A DNA stretch of 64,000 nucleotides from a virus (lineage: Duplodnaviria; Caudoviricetes): positions 1 through 64,000 of the IMG/VR virus record IMGVR_UViG_2920580016_000002. One strand, 5' to 3'. A program made the position numbers and the translations under genes. The notes under the pieces are model-generated. The model searched no databases. It was not told where the DNA came from and saw only the letters and a program-made list of their open reading frames with translations. Below, piece by piece: positions 17,628 to 26,832 of this stretch. Numbering within the stretch: position 1 is the stretch's first letter; each line of letters starts with the position of its first letter.

Positions 17628-17707
17628 CCGGATTCGTGTCGGGGCGGCGTCCTACGATGGGGCGTCGCCTCTCTTCTTCCCCGAAATGCAGCAGATCAGG
17701 AGCAGAT

Positions 17708-18217
17708 ATGAGCACCCCCGACGAGGGCTACGACGAGCCGCGCGAGCCGATCGCCTGGAGCACTTACCACATCCACGGCACCGATGACGCAGCCGAGATG
17801 CACTGGGCCACGAACGACGATGAGGACACCGGATACCCCGGCGTTCACGCGCAGGACACCTACCGCTTCCAGCGGAACGAGCGCGGCACCGCGATTCAGC
17901 AAGCCGTCCGGCAGGCGGGCGGCGGCTCACGTCAGGGTGTCGGCCACAAGGTGTCGGTCTTCATCAACGGCGAGGAGTACAAGGGCGGCAAGGATTACCA
18001 GCCGACTCCGCCCCCGAAAACCTCTGTGCCGCTGGCGTCGGCGGAGATCGACAAGGATGCGTACTCCGGTTCTCCCGCAATTCGCTTCATGGTCCGCGAC
18101 ATGATCGGCAACGCTCACGGCCAGCTCGTCAGCCTGGAAGTGGCGATGAAGTTGCACGAGGAGCTGGGCCGCGCGATCCAGGAGGCGCAGCGGCAGCAGC
18201 GGGAGAGTGGCGAATGA
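17708..18217 (+). CDS. hypothetical protein
   Basis: AGGAG RBS before ATG 17708. Confidence 0.7.
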   Translation: MSTPDEGYDEPREPIAWSTYHIHGTDDAAEMHWATNDDEDTGYPGVHAQDTYRFQRNERGTAIQQAVRQAGGGSRQGVGHKVSVFINGEEYKGGKDYQPTPPPKTSVPLASAEIDKDAYSGSPAIRFMVRDMIGNAHGQLVSLEVAMKLHEELGRAIQEAQRQQRESGE

Positions 18218-18405
18218 GCTACAGCAGCGCAGGACCGAATTACACCCCCTACCTTGAGGCCAACGCGATTCTCGCAGCGCAGGAAAACGACCGTGAAGAG
18301 GTGCGCCGGATACTGCGGGAGATGCTGCCCGGCGAGCGCGAGCGGCTCGCGGATGCATGCGATGTGCTGAGAAACCAGATCGAATACATGAGGGGCGAAG
18401 AGTGA
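18214..18405 (+). CDS. hypothetical protein
   Basis: ATGA overlap. Confidence 0.65.
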   Translation: MSYSSAGPNYTPYLEANAILAAQENDREEVRRILREMLPGERERLADACDVLRNQIEYMRGEE

Positions 18406-18686
18406 ACAAGATTCACCGAAGTGTCATCACGTCGGCTCTGGATAATGCGGGCGTCGATACGACCGCCGAAATTCTCGACACCTACGAGACGCCTACCGAG
18501 CGGAGCGGATTCGGGATCGAATTTAAGTCGCACGGAGACGCCGCCAAGTTCTTCGTCGGCCTCGGAATGTACCTCTACAACGGGGAGGACGAGGACCGCG
18601 CTTACGAGCTGGCGGAGGCTATGGCCACCGGCTACACGGCCCGAAGCCAGGTCTACTTCTTCCCCGGCTGGGAGCTGGAGGACTGA
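18402..18686 (+). CDS. hypothetical protein
   Basis: GTGA overlap (MNKIHRS). Confidence 0.65.
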   Translation: MNKIHRSVITSALDNAGVDTTAEILDTYETPTERSGFGIEFKSHGDAAKFFVGLGMYLYNGEDEDRAYELAEAMATGYTARSQVYFFPGWELED

Positions 18687-19283
18687 ATGAGCGGACATGG
18701 AGAGCACCAAATCTGGGCAGCCGAGACGGTCACCAACTGCCCGAAGTGCGACACCAAGGACATTCGGTCCGGCCCTGATCCCGAGATCTTGGGATGCCCG
18801 GCGTGCAACATAGCCTGGCGAAAGGGCACAGAGCTGTTCGTCTGCACCTGCGGCGGCTTCCTCGGTGACAACGACCAGGCCATCATGCACGCCCGCGAAA
18901 ACGGCGTCTGCGAGACGTGCCTGGGCACGGGCGAGGCAACGCCGATGGGCGGGCCGCACGGCACTTGCACCTCGTGCGCCGGTAGTGGCGTTGGGTACTA
19001 CGGAATCGAGGAGACGGTGACGCTCCAGGTCGTTCTCAAGGTCCGGAGAAGCGACATCAGGCCGAACAGCGACACCAACCAGCCCGCCGAATTCATCCGC
19101 AACGAATTCGCGACGCGAGCGCGGCGGATCCTCAGCGGGCAGTACCCGCCTGGTGATCCATGGGACGGCGTAGTCGTCGGCACCATTGGTCCGGCTGGTC
19201 GTTCGCTCACGATCTACACGGGCCGCGTGGCTGACGTGAAGGTGATGACTAACGAGATCAAGGCGGAGGACGCGGCGAAGTGA
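18687..19283 (+). CDS. zinc-finger protein with DnaJ-type CxxCxGxG repeats
   Basis: CPKC, CPAC, CTCG, CETCLGTG and CTSCAGSG. Confidence 0.65.
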   Translation: MSGHGEHQIWAAETVTNCPKCDTKDIRSGPDPEILGCPACNIAWRKGTELFVCTCGGFLGDNDQAIMHARENGVCETCLGTGEATPMGGPHGTCTSCAGSGVGYYGIEETVTLQVVLKVRRSDIRPNSDTNQPAEFIRNEFATRARRILSGQYPPGDPWDGVVVGTIGPAGRSLTIYTGRVADVKVMTNEIKAEDAAK

Positions 19284-19531
19284 CGTACTACGGATTCCCC
19301 GAAATCCTGGAGAAGGCGGCGGCCGACAAGGGCGTGACGACGGATGACCTCAAGGGGCAGCACGTCAGGGTGACGGTGGAGCTGGCGGAAGGCGACACGG
19401 CGGTGATCACCGGCAGTACGAAGAAGGAGTGGGTCGGGCCGGGCAAGGTCACCTACGTGTTCTGGCCGGATGGTGGAGTCGGTGAGGACGTCATCGAAGG
19501 CGCAACCTACAGGCGGAAGCCGGGTTACTGA
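19280..19531 (+). CDS. hypothetical protein
   Basis: GTGA overlap. Confidence 0.65.
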   Translation: MTYYGFPEILEKAAADKGVTTDDLKGQHVRVTVELAEGDTAVITGSTKKEWVGPGKVTYVFWPDGGVGEDVIEGATYRRKPGY

Positions 19532-19609
19532 GCACTCGCCTTTGTCGCCCGAATTCGGGGCGGGCGGCATTGGGGTCTGCTCAGGACACACAGAGACGGG
19601 AGAAAGAAC

Positions 19610-19999
19610 GTGGCGATACACGGTAACTACGGCCAGCGCGGTGACGCTATGGACTGGGCCTTCGCTCAGATCCGGGCGGGCAAGGGAATGCGCCCGAATG
19701 AGCGGCTCGTGCTGCTCACCATGACGGCACACGCCGTGCGGGCGACCTTCGACGGTGACGGCTACAACTGGATAGAGGTGCCGGAGCTGGTGGAGCTGAC
19801 GGGCCTGACGGAGCTGTTCCTGTCCATGGTGTTCAGGGACCTCACACAGCGCGGCCTGGTGGAGTGGGGCCTGCCCAGCACGCCGTACAAGTATCGCACG
19901 GACCAAATGCTCGGCATCCCGGAAGGAGTGCGGCTGCGGATATCTCGGGCTGCCTTCGAGACGATCAACGTGCCTGAGGAGGCTCTGCGCTATGCGTGA
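19610..19999 (+). CDS. winged-HTH DNA-binding protein
   Basis: ERLVLL.M...IEVPELVELTGLT...S..FRDL..RGLV pattern. Confidence 0.6.
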   Translation: MAIHGNYGQRGDAMDWAFAQIRAGKGMRPNERLVLLTMTAHAVRATFDGDGYNWIEVPELVELTGLTELFLSMVFRDLTQRGLVEWGLPSTPYKYRTDQMLGIPEGVRLRISRAAFETINVPEEALRYA

Positions 20000-20513
20000 G
20001 CGCAAAATCATCGAGCTGTTCGATGACGGTACACAGATTTATGACTGGGACTGGTGGAAGCGGAATTACATCGCAAATCAGAGCCGAGTTTTCCGGGGCG
20101 ACGCAACGGAGTACGAGCGGGAGTTCTGGGGTAAGGCCGTCTACTACGTTCGCGAGGTCGGTTCCCCGGTACTCTCTCCGGCGCTGAAGCTTCGCTGGAA
20201 GGCGATTCTGAAGACACCGTCTGAGCCGTGGAACAACGATTACGCCTGGTTCGAGGACGAGAACGGGAACAACTACGCATATAACGGCGAGGTTCTGAGC
20301 TTCTCCTACAACCCCGAATTCGAGTGCGAGGTGCCTCCGGTCGCGGTCCTGGACGGTCCCCTGACGCGCGAGATCCTGCGGGCGTGGTCGAAATGGTTCT
20401 TCGGTCCGGCCTACCACGTGACCAGAGCCACGCAGTGCGATCACGGATACAGGCTGAGCGACTCGTGCCCTGGCTGCGATGCCGACGAGGAGAGGATGAG
20501 GAAGAGCGCATGA
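19992..20513 (+). CDS. hypothetical protein, C-terminal C.H...C..C
   Basis: Overlapping packing. Confidence 0.65.
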   Translation: MRERKIIELFDDGTQIYDWDWWKRNYIANQSRVFRGDATEYEREFWGKAVYYVREVGSPVLSPALKLRWKAILKTPSEPWNNDYAWFEDENGNNYAYNGEVLSFSYNPEFECEVPPVAVLDGPLTREILRAWSKWFFGPAYHVTRATQCDHGYRLSDSCPGCDADEERMRKSA

Positions 20514-20923
20514 GCGAGAACCTCAAGCAGAAGATCGTGTACGCCTACGTGGAGCATGGGGACTTCGAGCCTCACGGGCTGCTGGTGCGTGCGTCGCTGG
20601 GCGGCGTGACGACCATGACGGTGGCCGCGTACCTGGACGAGCTGACCGACGGCGACATCTACGTTCGGGACGGCAAGCCCATGGGGAACGCCCAGTACTG
20701 GTACAAGGGCATCGGCGATCTGGACCTCATCCCGGTTACTTTCGAGGCGGAGAACGCACTCCACGAGGGCGGCGACACGGGGGCGAAGATCACCATGAAG
20801 ACCGCCGACGGCATGGTGGTTCAGCACTGGTACGCGTGGGGCATGGCCGTCATGACGCGGGGGCCGCTCGGTCAGGCGATCCCGGACCCTAGGCCGATCG
20901 TAGTTGTGAAGGAGAGCGAATGA
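20510..20923 (+). CDS. hypothetical protein
   Basis: ATGA overlap at 20510 (MSENLKQK). Confidence 0.65.
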   Translation: MSENLKQKIVYAYVEHGDFEPHGLLVRASLGGVTTMTVAAYLDELTDGDIYVRDGKPMGNAQYWYKGIGDLDLIPVTFEAENALHEGGDTGAKITMKTADGMVVQHWYAWGMAVMTRGPLGQAIPDPRPIVVVKESE

Positions 20924-21240
20924 ATCCGCGCGGGTACGAGAGCACCGACGCCGTCAGGGACGCCCGGCACATCCGGGATTATCTGGGAGCGGAGTGGGAC
21001 GTCACGGTAGACGCCTTGACCCTCCTCCCGAAAATTCCGGAAGGGGAGACGGCCGAGCACCTCTACGCCCTGGCGTTCTGCTACGAGGCGGGCGAGAACG
21101 TCTACCAGGTCAGGTACGGCCCCTTGGAGCGGCCAAGAGACCACATGCTGCTCTACAGCAAGTCGGGCCAGGCGGATGTGATGGCTCACTATCTCGAACG
21201 CATGGAGAGCTACGTTAACAGCCCTGAAGGCGGCATCTGA
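20920..21240 (+). CDS. hypothetical protein
   Basis: ATGA overlap, AGGAG RBS. Confidence 0.65.
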   Translation: MNPRGYESTDAVRDARHIRDYLGAEWDVTVDALTLLPKIPEGETAEHLYALAFCYEAGENVYQVRYGPLERPRDHMLLYSKSGQADVMAHYLERMESYVNSPEGGI

Positions 21241-21299
21241 GCAAGTGATGGACGGCGGGTAAGATCCTTGCGAGAGTCGGACGAACGAGGATCTACCGC

Positions 21300-21554
21300 A
21301 TGCCTACTCGCAGGGTCGTACATTCCACCACGACGGGCGACCGGCCAGCCGACGAGGGCCGGGACGTCGTACCTACCTGGGACGAGTACAGGCGTCCGTA
21401 CTCGCTCGACTGGGTGAAGTCGCGAGGCAAACTGGACAGCCACATCAAGATCTCTCCCGAACTTCGGCAACGTGCCCAGGAGGAGTGTGCGAGCAGGGGG
21501 TTACGGCTGATCGACTATGTGATCATCGACGAGCACACGGTCTACATCCCTTAA
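21300..21554 (+). CDS. hypothetical protein
   Basis: Last ORF before the terminator; GAGG RBS. Confidence 0.6.
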   Translation: MPTRRVVHSTTTGDRPADEGRDVVPTWDEYRRPYSLDWVKSRGKLDSHIKISPELRQRAQEECASRGLRLIDYVIIDEHTVYIP

Positions 21555-21557
21555 CTC

Positions 21558-21589
21558 AAAAGCCCTCGGCTGACGCCGGGGGCTTTTTT
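21558..21589. terminator. bidirectional intrinsic terminator between the convergent blocks
   Basis: AAAAGCCCTCGGC-TGAC-GCCGGGGGCTTTTTT: GC stem with an A-run 5' and a T-run 3'. Confidence 0.85.
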
Positions 21590-21634
21590 GTTGCTCAAAC
21601 GCGGTTCCACCGCATTTCCCTATGATCCCAGTTA

Positions 21635-23107
21635 CTAACTTTCCCTGATAATTTCGCCAGGGATCACGCCCATCTGCTTCAGCACGTCGTCTGCGGGCAC
21701 GGCCTCGGGGAGCGCCTGCGCCTTCTCGGCGGCCTTGTCTCCGAAGAGCTGGCCAACGAGACCAGTCCCGGCCGCCGCGCGTCCGCTGGCCTTGATGGTC
21801 ATGCTGAAGCCCTCGGCGTCCTGGGACATGACAGTGCTCAGCATCTTGTGCAGGACCTCCACCTCGCGCGTGAGGTTGGGGTCAGCGTAGCCGCCTTCCT
21901 GCTGCTCAGCGGCATACATGGCGGCTACGCGCTGGCTCTGGATCTCGATATACATATCCTGAATGCGGCGCTTCTGCTCGACTGTACGAGCCTCCACCGG
22001 CAGCTTGTAGACGCACGTTGCGCCGGGCTCGAACTCCTGGCATGAGGGGTTCAGGAAGCACGTATCGCAGAGCCGCTGGCTCTCTCCGCTGACATTGATC
22101 AGATTGAGCTTGCGTGTGGTGAAGTTCCCGTCTTCGCCGACAACGCGCTCTTCCACCTCTTCGACCCCGAATCCAGGGGCGATTTTCGCGGCTTCACGAC
22201 GCCTGGGAGTTGCTAGCCTTTTCCGCTTCTCGGAGGGGTCGTTGGCAACTGTTTCGTCGCCTTCTTCCGCAAAACTCCATCTACGGTTTTCAGTGTCCAC
22301 AGTAACTAGCCTTTTCTCATTCAGATGGTCGATGTACCGCTGCCAGCTCCACAGGGAAAGGCGCAACAGCTCGTTGGAGTCGCCGGACTCGATCAGCTCA
22401 GCATCGAACCCGTTCTTGACAAAGAGCTGCCGGTGACGCTTGCGCGCCTGCTCCGCGTATTTCTTGGGATACCTCTTCAGCTCATTTCCGGTCCAGACGA
22501 TCGTGTCGTTGTACTGGCTGGGGGATAGCCACGAGGTACTCGCGGCCGAGTCCCACGGAAGAGCCTCAAGGATGTCCGGCTTCGTCATGGCAACGCCGTG
22601 TAGCTTGATTCCAGAGCGAGCCAGGGTACGGAGTACCGGCATGATGTCCCGGCCGCCCACGCTCGTCTGGGGGACGCCTACGCGCCCGTACGTGTCGGCC
22701 AGTTCCCGCAGGCGCGGCAGGCCGTCCTCTGCGTGCCAGATGGGCAGGTACTTGTCTCCGGCCATCTCGGCGACTTCGAGGTCTGTGAGCGGGTAGCAAG
22801 GGACGTCCCAGCCGCCGATGAGCGAGGCGCGCTCTACGTTGGCGGCGACGAATGCCTTGTACTTCTTCGCGAAGTCCATTAGCTGGTGTTCGCGATACTT
22901 CTCCGGATTGGCCCGTAGGCTGTACCCGCCTGAGTCGAGCAGGATTTCCGTATCATCCCGGAATTTCGTGGATAGGAGCCACGGGCGGACGAATTTGACG
23001 CGTCTGGAGAGTCCGATGAAGGAGAGCGAGACGTGGCGCACTCCCTGCGAGTGCAGGAAGGTACGCCACGATGGAATCTCAGCTCCCGCGTAGTAGAGGC
23101 GGGTCAT
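21635..23107 (-). CDS. TGT/DpdA-like TIM-barrel protein fused to a Cys4 motif and a helical C-terminal domain
   Basis: LLDSGGYS, YLPIWH, KLHGVAMT and DSAASTSW motifs; then CDTC..C..C and a helical tail. Confidence 0.65.
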   Translation of the reverse strand: MTRLYYAGAEIPSWRTFLHSQGVRHVSLSFIGLSRRVKFVRPWLLSTKFRDDTEILLDSGGYSLRANPEKYREHQLMDFAKKYKAFVAANVERASLIGGWDVPCYPLTDLEVAEMAGDKYLPIWHAEDGLPRLRELADTYGRVGVPQTSVGGRDIMPVLRTLARSGIKLHGVAMTKPDILEALPWDSAASTSWLSPSQYNDTIVWTGNELKRYPKKYAEQARKRHRQLFVKNGFDAELIESGDSNELLRLSLWSWQRYIDHLNEKRLVTVDTENRRWSFAEEGDETVANDPSEKRKRLATPRRREAAKIAPGFGVEEVEERVVGEDGNFTTRKLNLINVSGESQRLCDTCFLNPSCQEFEPGATCVYKLPVEARTVEQKRRIQDMYIEIQSQRVAAMYAAEQQEGGYADPNLTREVEVLHKMLSTVMSQDAEGFSMTIKASGRAAAGTGLVGQLFGDKAAEKAQALPEAVPADDVLKQMGVIPGEIIRES

Positions 23108-23112
23108 CGTGG

Positions 23113-24798
23113 TTAGTCGGCGCTCCGGCCCAGGCGCTTGCTCCGGGTCTCGACCTCTTCAACGCTGGGGGAGCGGTAGCCCGGTGTCTTGGCGGCAGCC
23201 ATGCGGGTTTCCCTGGGGATGCCGGGAACGAGGGCATCGACGTGGGTCCCGTATTCCTTGGCGTCCGGTGTGTCCTGATGGGACCAGGACGCCTTGACGC
23301 CGCTGCGGCCGGACGCGTCGATCCGCTGTGTTCCCCCGATCTGACGGGTCTGAACGGGGCGCTGGTGGAGCTGGGACACGGGGGTGCCTCCTCTTGGAGC
23401 CGGATTCTTGGTGGGGGTAGTGGACGGGCGGACGTCAAGGGCCTGCTGACCCGCGCCGACGGCGGGCTTTCTGGTCCTGCTGGACTTCGGCCTGGGAGCC
23501 TTGGGCGCGGCGGGCTCTGGCTCGCGGGTCGGTGCCGGGATCTGCTGCTGATTGACGGGGGAGGGCTGTACGGCGGCAGACTTGGGCGAGCTGAGGGGGC
23601 CGTAGCTGCGGGTAGAGCCGCCGGTCACCGGCTTGGGCTCGGCCGCTACCTTGGTGGCCTTTGGCTTGGGCTCAGCAGGCAGCGCACCGCCCAGCCTCCT
23701 GCCCGGCGTGATGGTGGGCTCGGTTGCCCGGATCTGACGAGCGTTGACGTTGCCCTGGGCGCGGATCTGTGCGGCACGAGCGTCTCCCTCTGCCCGGATT
23801 CGCGCTGCTGCCGCCTCGTGGTCAGCGATGCCGGGGGCAGCGGAGGCAGCGTCGAGCTTGCCACGCGCGATCTTGCGGGTAGCGTCGGCGCGGCCCTGGC
23901 CGACCTTGCGGGCGGCGTCGGCGGTGCCCTGTGCACGAATTAGGGTGGCCTCGGCCTGGTGGCCAGCGGCGGTGACGTCGTCGCGGGCGGCTCCGATGCG
24001 GGCGCGGGACTTGATCCGCTCGGCGTCGGCGGTGCCTCGGGCACGCAGGCGGGTTGCCTCGGCCTCGTGGTCGGCGGTGGTGAGTCCGATCTTCGCGGAG
24101 GCGGCCTTGCCCCGTGCCTTGATCTTGTCCGCGTCGGCAATGCCCGTGGCCCTGGTGCGGCTCGCGTCGGCATCTGCCGCTGCGTGCATGCGGATGTTGT
24201 CGGCCCTGACCTGGCCCTGCATCTGCGCGCCGTCGGCGACGCCCTTTCCCTTGCCGTAGGTGGTGGAGTAGGAGACGTTGAAAGCCGTCTCCGCCTTGGC
24301 TTCGCCCACCTTCCGGACAGCCTCGGCGTTGATGTCGCCCATGGTCGCTGCGTGGCTCTGGGCGGTGCGGTTCATCGCGTCCTCGTGGGACACGCGCTGC
24401 GACTGGAAATCCCCGGTGTGGCGGAGCTTCTGAGCGTGCTGGAATTCCGCACGGCGACCACCGGTAACCGTCGAAATATCCGCCTGTGCTTCGGAGTCGC
24501 GGAATGCTGCCCAGCGCTCGCGTGAGCGCGCCTGCGCCTTGGCCGCGTCGTGCGCCCGTGCGGCATCCCAGCGGATTCGCTGGATGTGCTGCTCCTTCTC
24601 GATGTCCTTGCCAACGCTGTAATCGCGCCTGTCGTAGAAGTCCTGCTGCCTGGTGCGGCGGACTTCCTCGCGGTATCGCTTCTCCCGCCTTTCCTTGAAT
24701 GTGGTGAAGCCCCACTTCTGGGAACTCTTGGTTGCGGTGTTCTTGGCGTTCGTGCCCGGCGAAGACACCGTCGAGTAGTTAAAAGGGGATGCGGACAC
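23113..24798 (-). CDS. low-complexity Ala/Arg-rich repeat protein with a Pro-rich tail
   Basis: 561-aa ORF with repeated DHEA.A.RIRA.G.ADA units. Confidence 0.6.
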   Translation of the reverse strand: MSASPFNYSTVSSPGTNAKNTATKSSQKWGFTTFKERREKRYREEVRRTRQQDFYDRRDYSVGKDIEKEQHIQRIRWDAARAHDAAKAQARSRERWAAFRDSEAQADISTVTGGRRAEFQHAQKLRHTGDFQSQRVSHEDAMNRTAQSHAATMGDINAEAVRKVGEAKAETAFNVSYSTTYGKGKGVADGAQMQGQVRADNIRMHAAADADASRTRATGIADADKIKARGKAASAKIGLTTADHEAEATRLRARGTADAERIKSRARIGAARDDVTAAGHQAEATLIRAQGTADAARKVGQGRADATRKIARGKLDAASAAPGIADHEAAAARIRAEGDARAAQIRAQGNVNARQIRATEPTITPGRRLGGALPAEPKPKATKVAAEPKPVTGGSTRSYGPLSSPKSAAVQPSPVNQQQIPAPTREPEPAAPKAPRPKSSRTRKPAVGAGQQALDVRPSTTPTKNPAPRGGTPVSQLHQRPVQTRQIGGTQRIDASGRSGVKASWSHQDTPDAKEYGTHVDALVPGIPRETRMAAAKTPGYRSPSVEEVETRSKRLGRSAD

Positions 24799-24806
24799 TT
24801 TCTCTC

Positions 24807-25247
24807 CTAGGCGGCATTCGCTTCGAGCTGGCGCGTGGTGTCGATGACGTGCTCCAGGTCGGCCCAGGCTCGAAGTCCGGGGCGGTGCCGCAGGTGGGTG
24901 TACCGGGGATGGCTGTAGAGCAGGGTTGCCTGGCCGACGTTGAACAGGTCAGCGCAGACGCGGGGATCGGGATCCACAACGAGGTCGAGAGGTCCGCCCG
25001 CGCGGAGCTGGGCGACCTGATAGAGGCGCTCGTCATGCATCGGGTGTCCGGGGCGGGGGAGGCTGAGCGATACGTAGCCGGTGAACTTCTCCAGGCGCAG
25101 CCACTCTTCGTCGGCCGGTTCGTCGGCGAGCAGGTGTACGCGGTAGCCCTGCATGAGGGAAGCAAGCAGGGTGCGGCCATGGTCGCTTGGCTGGCGGCTG
25201 ATGGGGTCGCGGAGGATGCCCCAGATGGTGAGGGCGCAGGAGATCAC
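24807..25247 (-). CDS. degenerate HAD-like hypothetical protein
   Basis: Rossmannoid pattern with LVVDPDP; similar in type to 51124-51561. Confidence 0.5.
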   Translation of the reverse strand: MISCALTIWGILRDPISRQPSDHGRTLLASLMQGYRVHLLADEPADEEWLRLEKFTGYVSLSLPRPGHPMHDERLYQVAQLRAGGPLDLVVDPDPRVCADLFNVGQATLLYSHPRYTHLRHRPGLRAWADLEHVIDTTRQLEANAA

Positions 25248-26194
25248 AGGCGTACTCCGGGAATGGATGCGAGTTGGGACTTGAGCAGCTCGTTGTGGAT
25301 GTCCTCGATCGACATGCTGGGCCGGTCGCGGAGCTGGGAGATTGCGCGGAGCGCGTTGACGACGCCGTTCTTCTTGTGGCTCTGCCAGCGGAAGTTGGCC
25401 CAGTCCGAATAGCCCGCTCCCTGGTCGGAGAAGGCAGCTCGACGGCCGGTGTGGATGTCCTCGAATAGGGCGGCGGCCTGAGCCTCAGCGAGGTTCATGA
25501 CGGCTCGGGCGTTCGTCCAGGCCCCCGAATTCGGCTGCGCCTGCTCGGCGTCTACGGCGGCCTTGTGGAAGCGCTTGACGATCTGGGCAGCCTGGCGAGC
25601 CTCCGTGGCGATGGCGGACTTCCATGCAGGCGGGAACAAGCTGGCCGGGTCGCTGGGAAGCTTCGGCGGCCGGACGCTCCACGTGTCGGTGGTCAGGTCA
25701 TACGCCGCATAGGGCCTGATGCTCCTGATGTCCAGGCCCGTGTTGACGTTGACGTAGAAGGTCAGCTCGTAGAACTGCTTCCCGAAACGCGTATGAGCGG
25801 TGCGCGGCCACAGGTGGTCACGGAGCAGGGTGTTGATGAGCGTGGCCGCTTCGCTATTGCCCAATCCCGCGTAGTTCGGGTTGTGCTTGCGGAAGGCTAT
25901 CCAGTCCACGCCGAAAAGGCAGTCGAGGTCACCATTTCCGCGCCCGGCTGCCCACTGATAGGAGACGCCGGAACCGGCAATCCAGACCTTGCTCCATGCC
26001 TGTGGCCGGTGGAAGTGCTGGGACAGAAATCCGTACAGGGTATTGAGGACGTGAGTCCTTACCTCGGGCCGGATTTTCTGGCCCTGGAAGATGTTCGGGT
26101 CGAGATCGTTTCGTGGCGTCGAGAAGTAGCCGGATTCGCCTTGTGTGATAGCTATTCCGGCTGCTTGGCGGAGGTATTTGTTCTCGATGGCCAC
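25244..26194 (-). CDS. Pol-beta-superfamily nucleotidyltransferase
   Basis: hhGS...GDLDC(h) signature (WIAGSG...GNGDLDCLFG) and a third acidic residue in ELTFY. Confidence 0.75.
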   Translation of the reverse strand: MAIENKYLRQAAGIAITQGESGYFSTPRNDLDPNIFQGQKIRPEVRTHVLNTLYGFLSQHFHRPQAWSKVWIAGSGVSYQWAAGRGNGDLDCLFGVDWIAFRKHNPNYAGLGNSEAATLINTLLRDHLWPRTAHTRFGKQFYELTFYVNVNTGLDIRSIRPYAAYDLTTDTWSVRPPKLPSDPASLFPPAWKSAIATEARQAAQIVKRFHKAAVDAEQAQPNSGAWTNARAVMNLAEAQAAALFEDIHTGRRAAFSDQGAGYSDWANFRWQSHKKNGVVNALRAISQLRDRPSMSIEDIHNELLKSQLASIPGVRL

Positions 26195-26260
26195 ATTCCA
26201 AGCCTACCTTTTTAGGCTTTTAGCTCGTTAGTGCAGAAAGCGCCGGTCGCCCGGCGCTTT

Positions 26261-26509
26261 CTATATGGCAGCGTGGCTGATGACCTTCAATCCCATGAGT
26301 TTCAGTGACGCAACATATGCGAGCAGTTCGGTCATGTCGCGTCTGTCGTAGAAGCCTGGTCCGATCACGATGATCGCGTCTTGCCCCACGCCCTGAAGCC
26401 GGGTCAAATCATGCGCGTAATCAGCGTGGTGGCCCAGCTCCTTGAGCTTCCTTATGGTGGGCTCGGCGTAGCGGTAACTGCCTGCGATTATGACGAAGCG
26501 TTTGATCAC
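26261..26509 (-). CDS. hypothetical protein
   Basis: GTGA overlap start (MIKRFVIIAG). Confidence 0.55.
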   Translation of the reverse strand: MIKRFVIIAGSYRYAEPTIRKLKELGHHADYAHDLTRLQGVGQDAIIVIGPGFYDRRDMTELLAYVASLKLMGLKVISHAAI

Positions 26510-26832
26510 TGGCCGGGCATCCGCATGTTCTGCATGATCTGCTGCGTCATGGCCTGCTCCTGAGAAGCTCGCGCAGCGGCCATCATGCCGTGGTGGACCT
26601 GCGCCGCCGTCTTCTGGGCCGCGATATCCGTGCGGGTGGTCGCGCACGCGCCGTCGATCTCATCAGCCGTCGGCTGGCGAACGGGCTTGATCTTGTCAGC
26701 CAGCATCGACGGGTCATCCGTCGTGACCACCATGCCCTGCGGCGTCATTAGGGTGACGTACGCCCAGGTGACCTGAAGCTCCTCGGTCTCCGGCCTCGTC
26801 TCGCCGATATTCGCAGCACCGCCAGTGTTCAT
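26506..26832 (-). CDS. hypothetical protein
   Basis: Packed ORF. Confidence 0.65.
   Translation of the reverse strand: MNTGGAANIGETRPETEELQVTWAYVTLMTPQGMVVTTDDPSMLADKIKPVRQPTADEIDGACATTRTDIAAQKTAAQVHHGMMAAARASQEQAMTQQIMQNMRMPGQ

Larger units (their letters stand above)
5761..19600 (+). repeat. dispersed conserved leader/RBS (A/C)CACACAGAAAGG(CGG), about 17 copies before early genes
   Basis: Copies near 5761, 6116, 6552, 7846, 8776, 10268, 10928, 11541, 11823, 12216, 12490, 13068, 14132, 15210, 15488, 16803 and 19586 (some partial). Confidence 0.85.
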
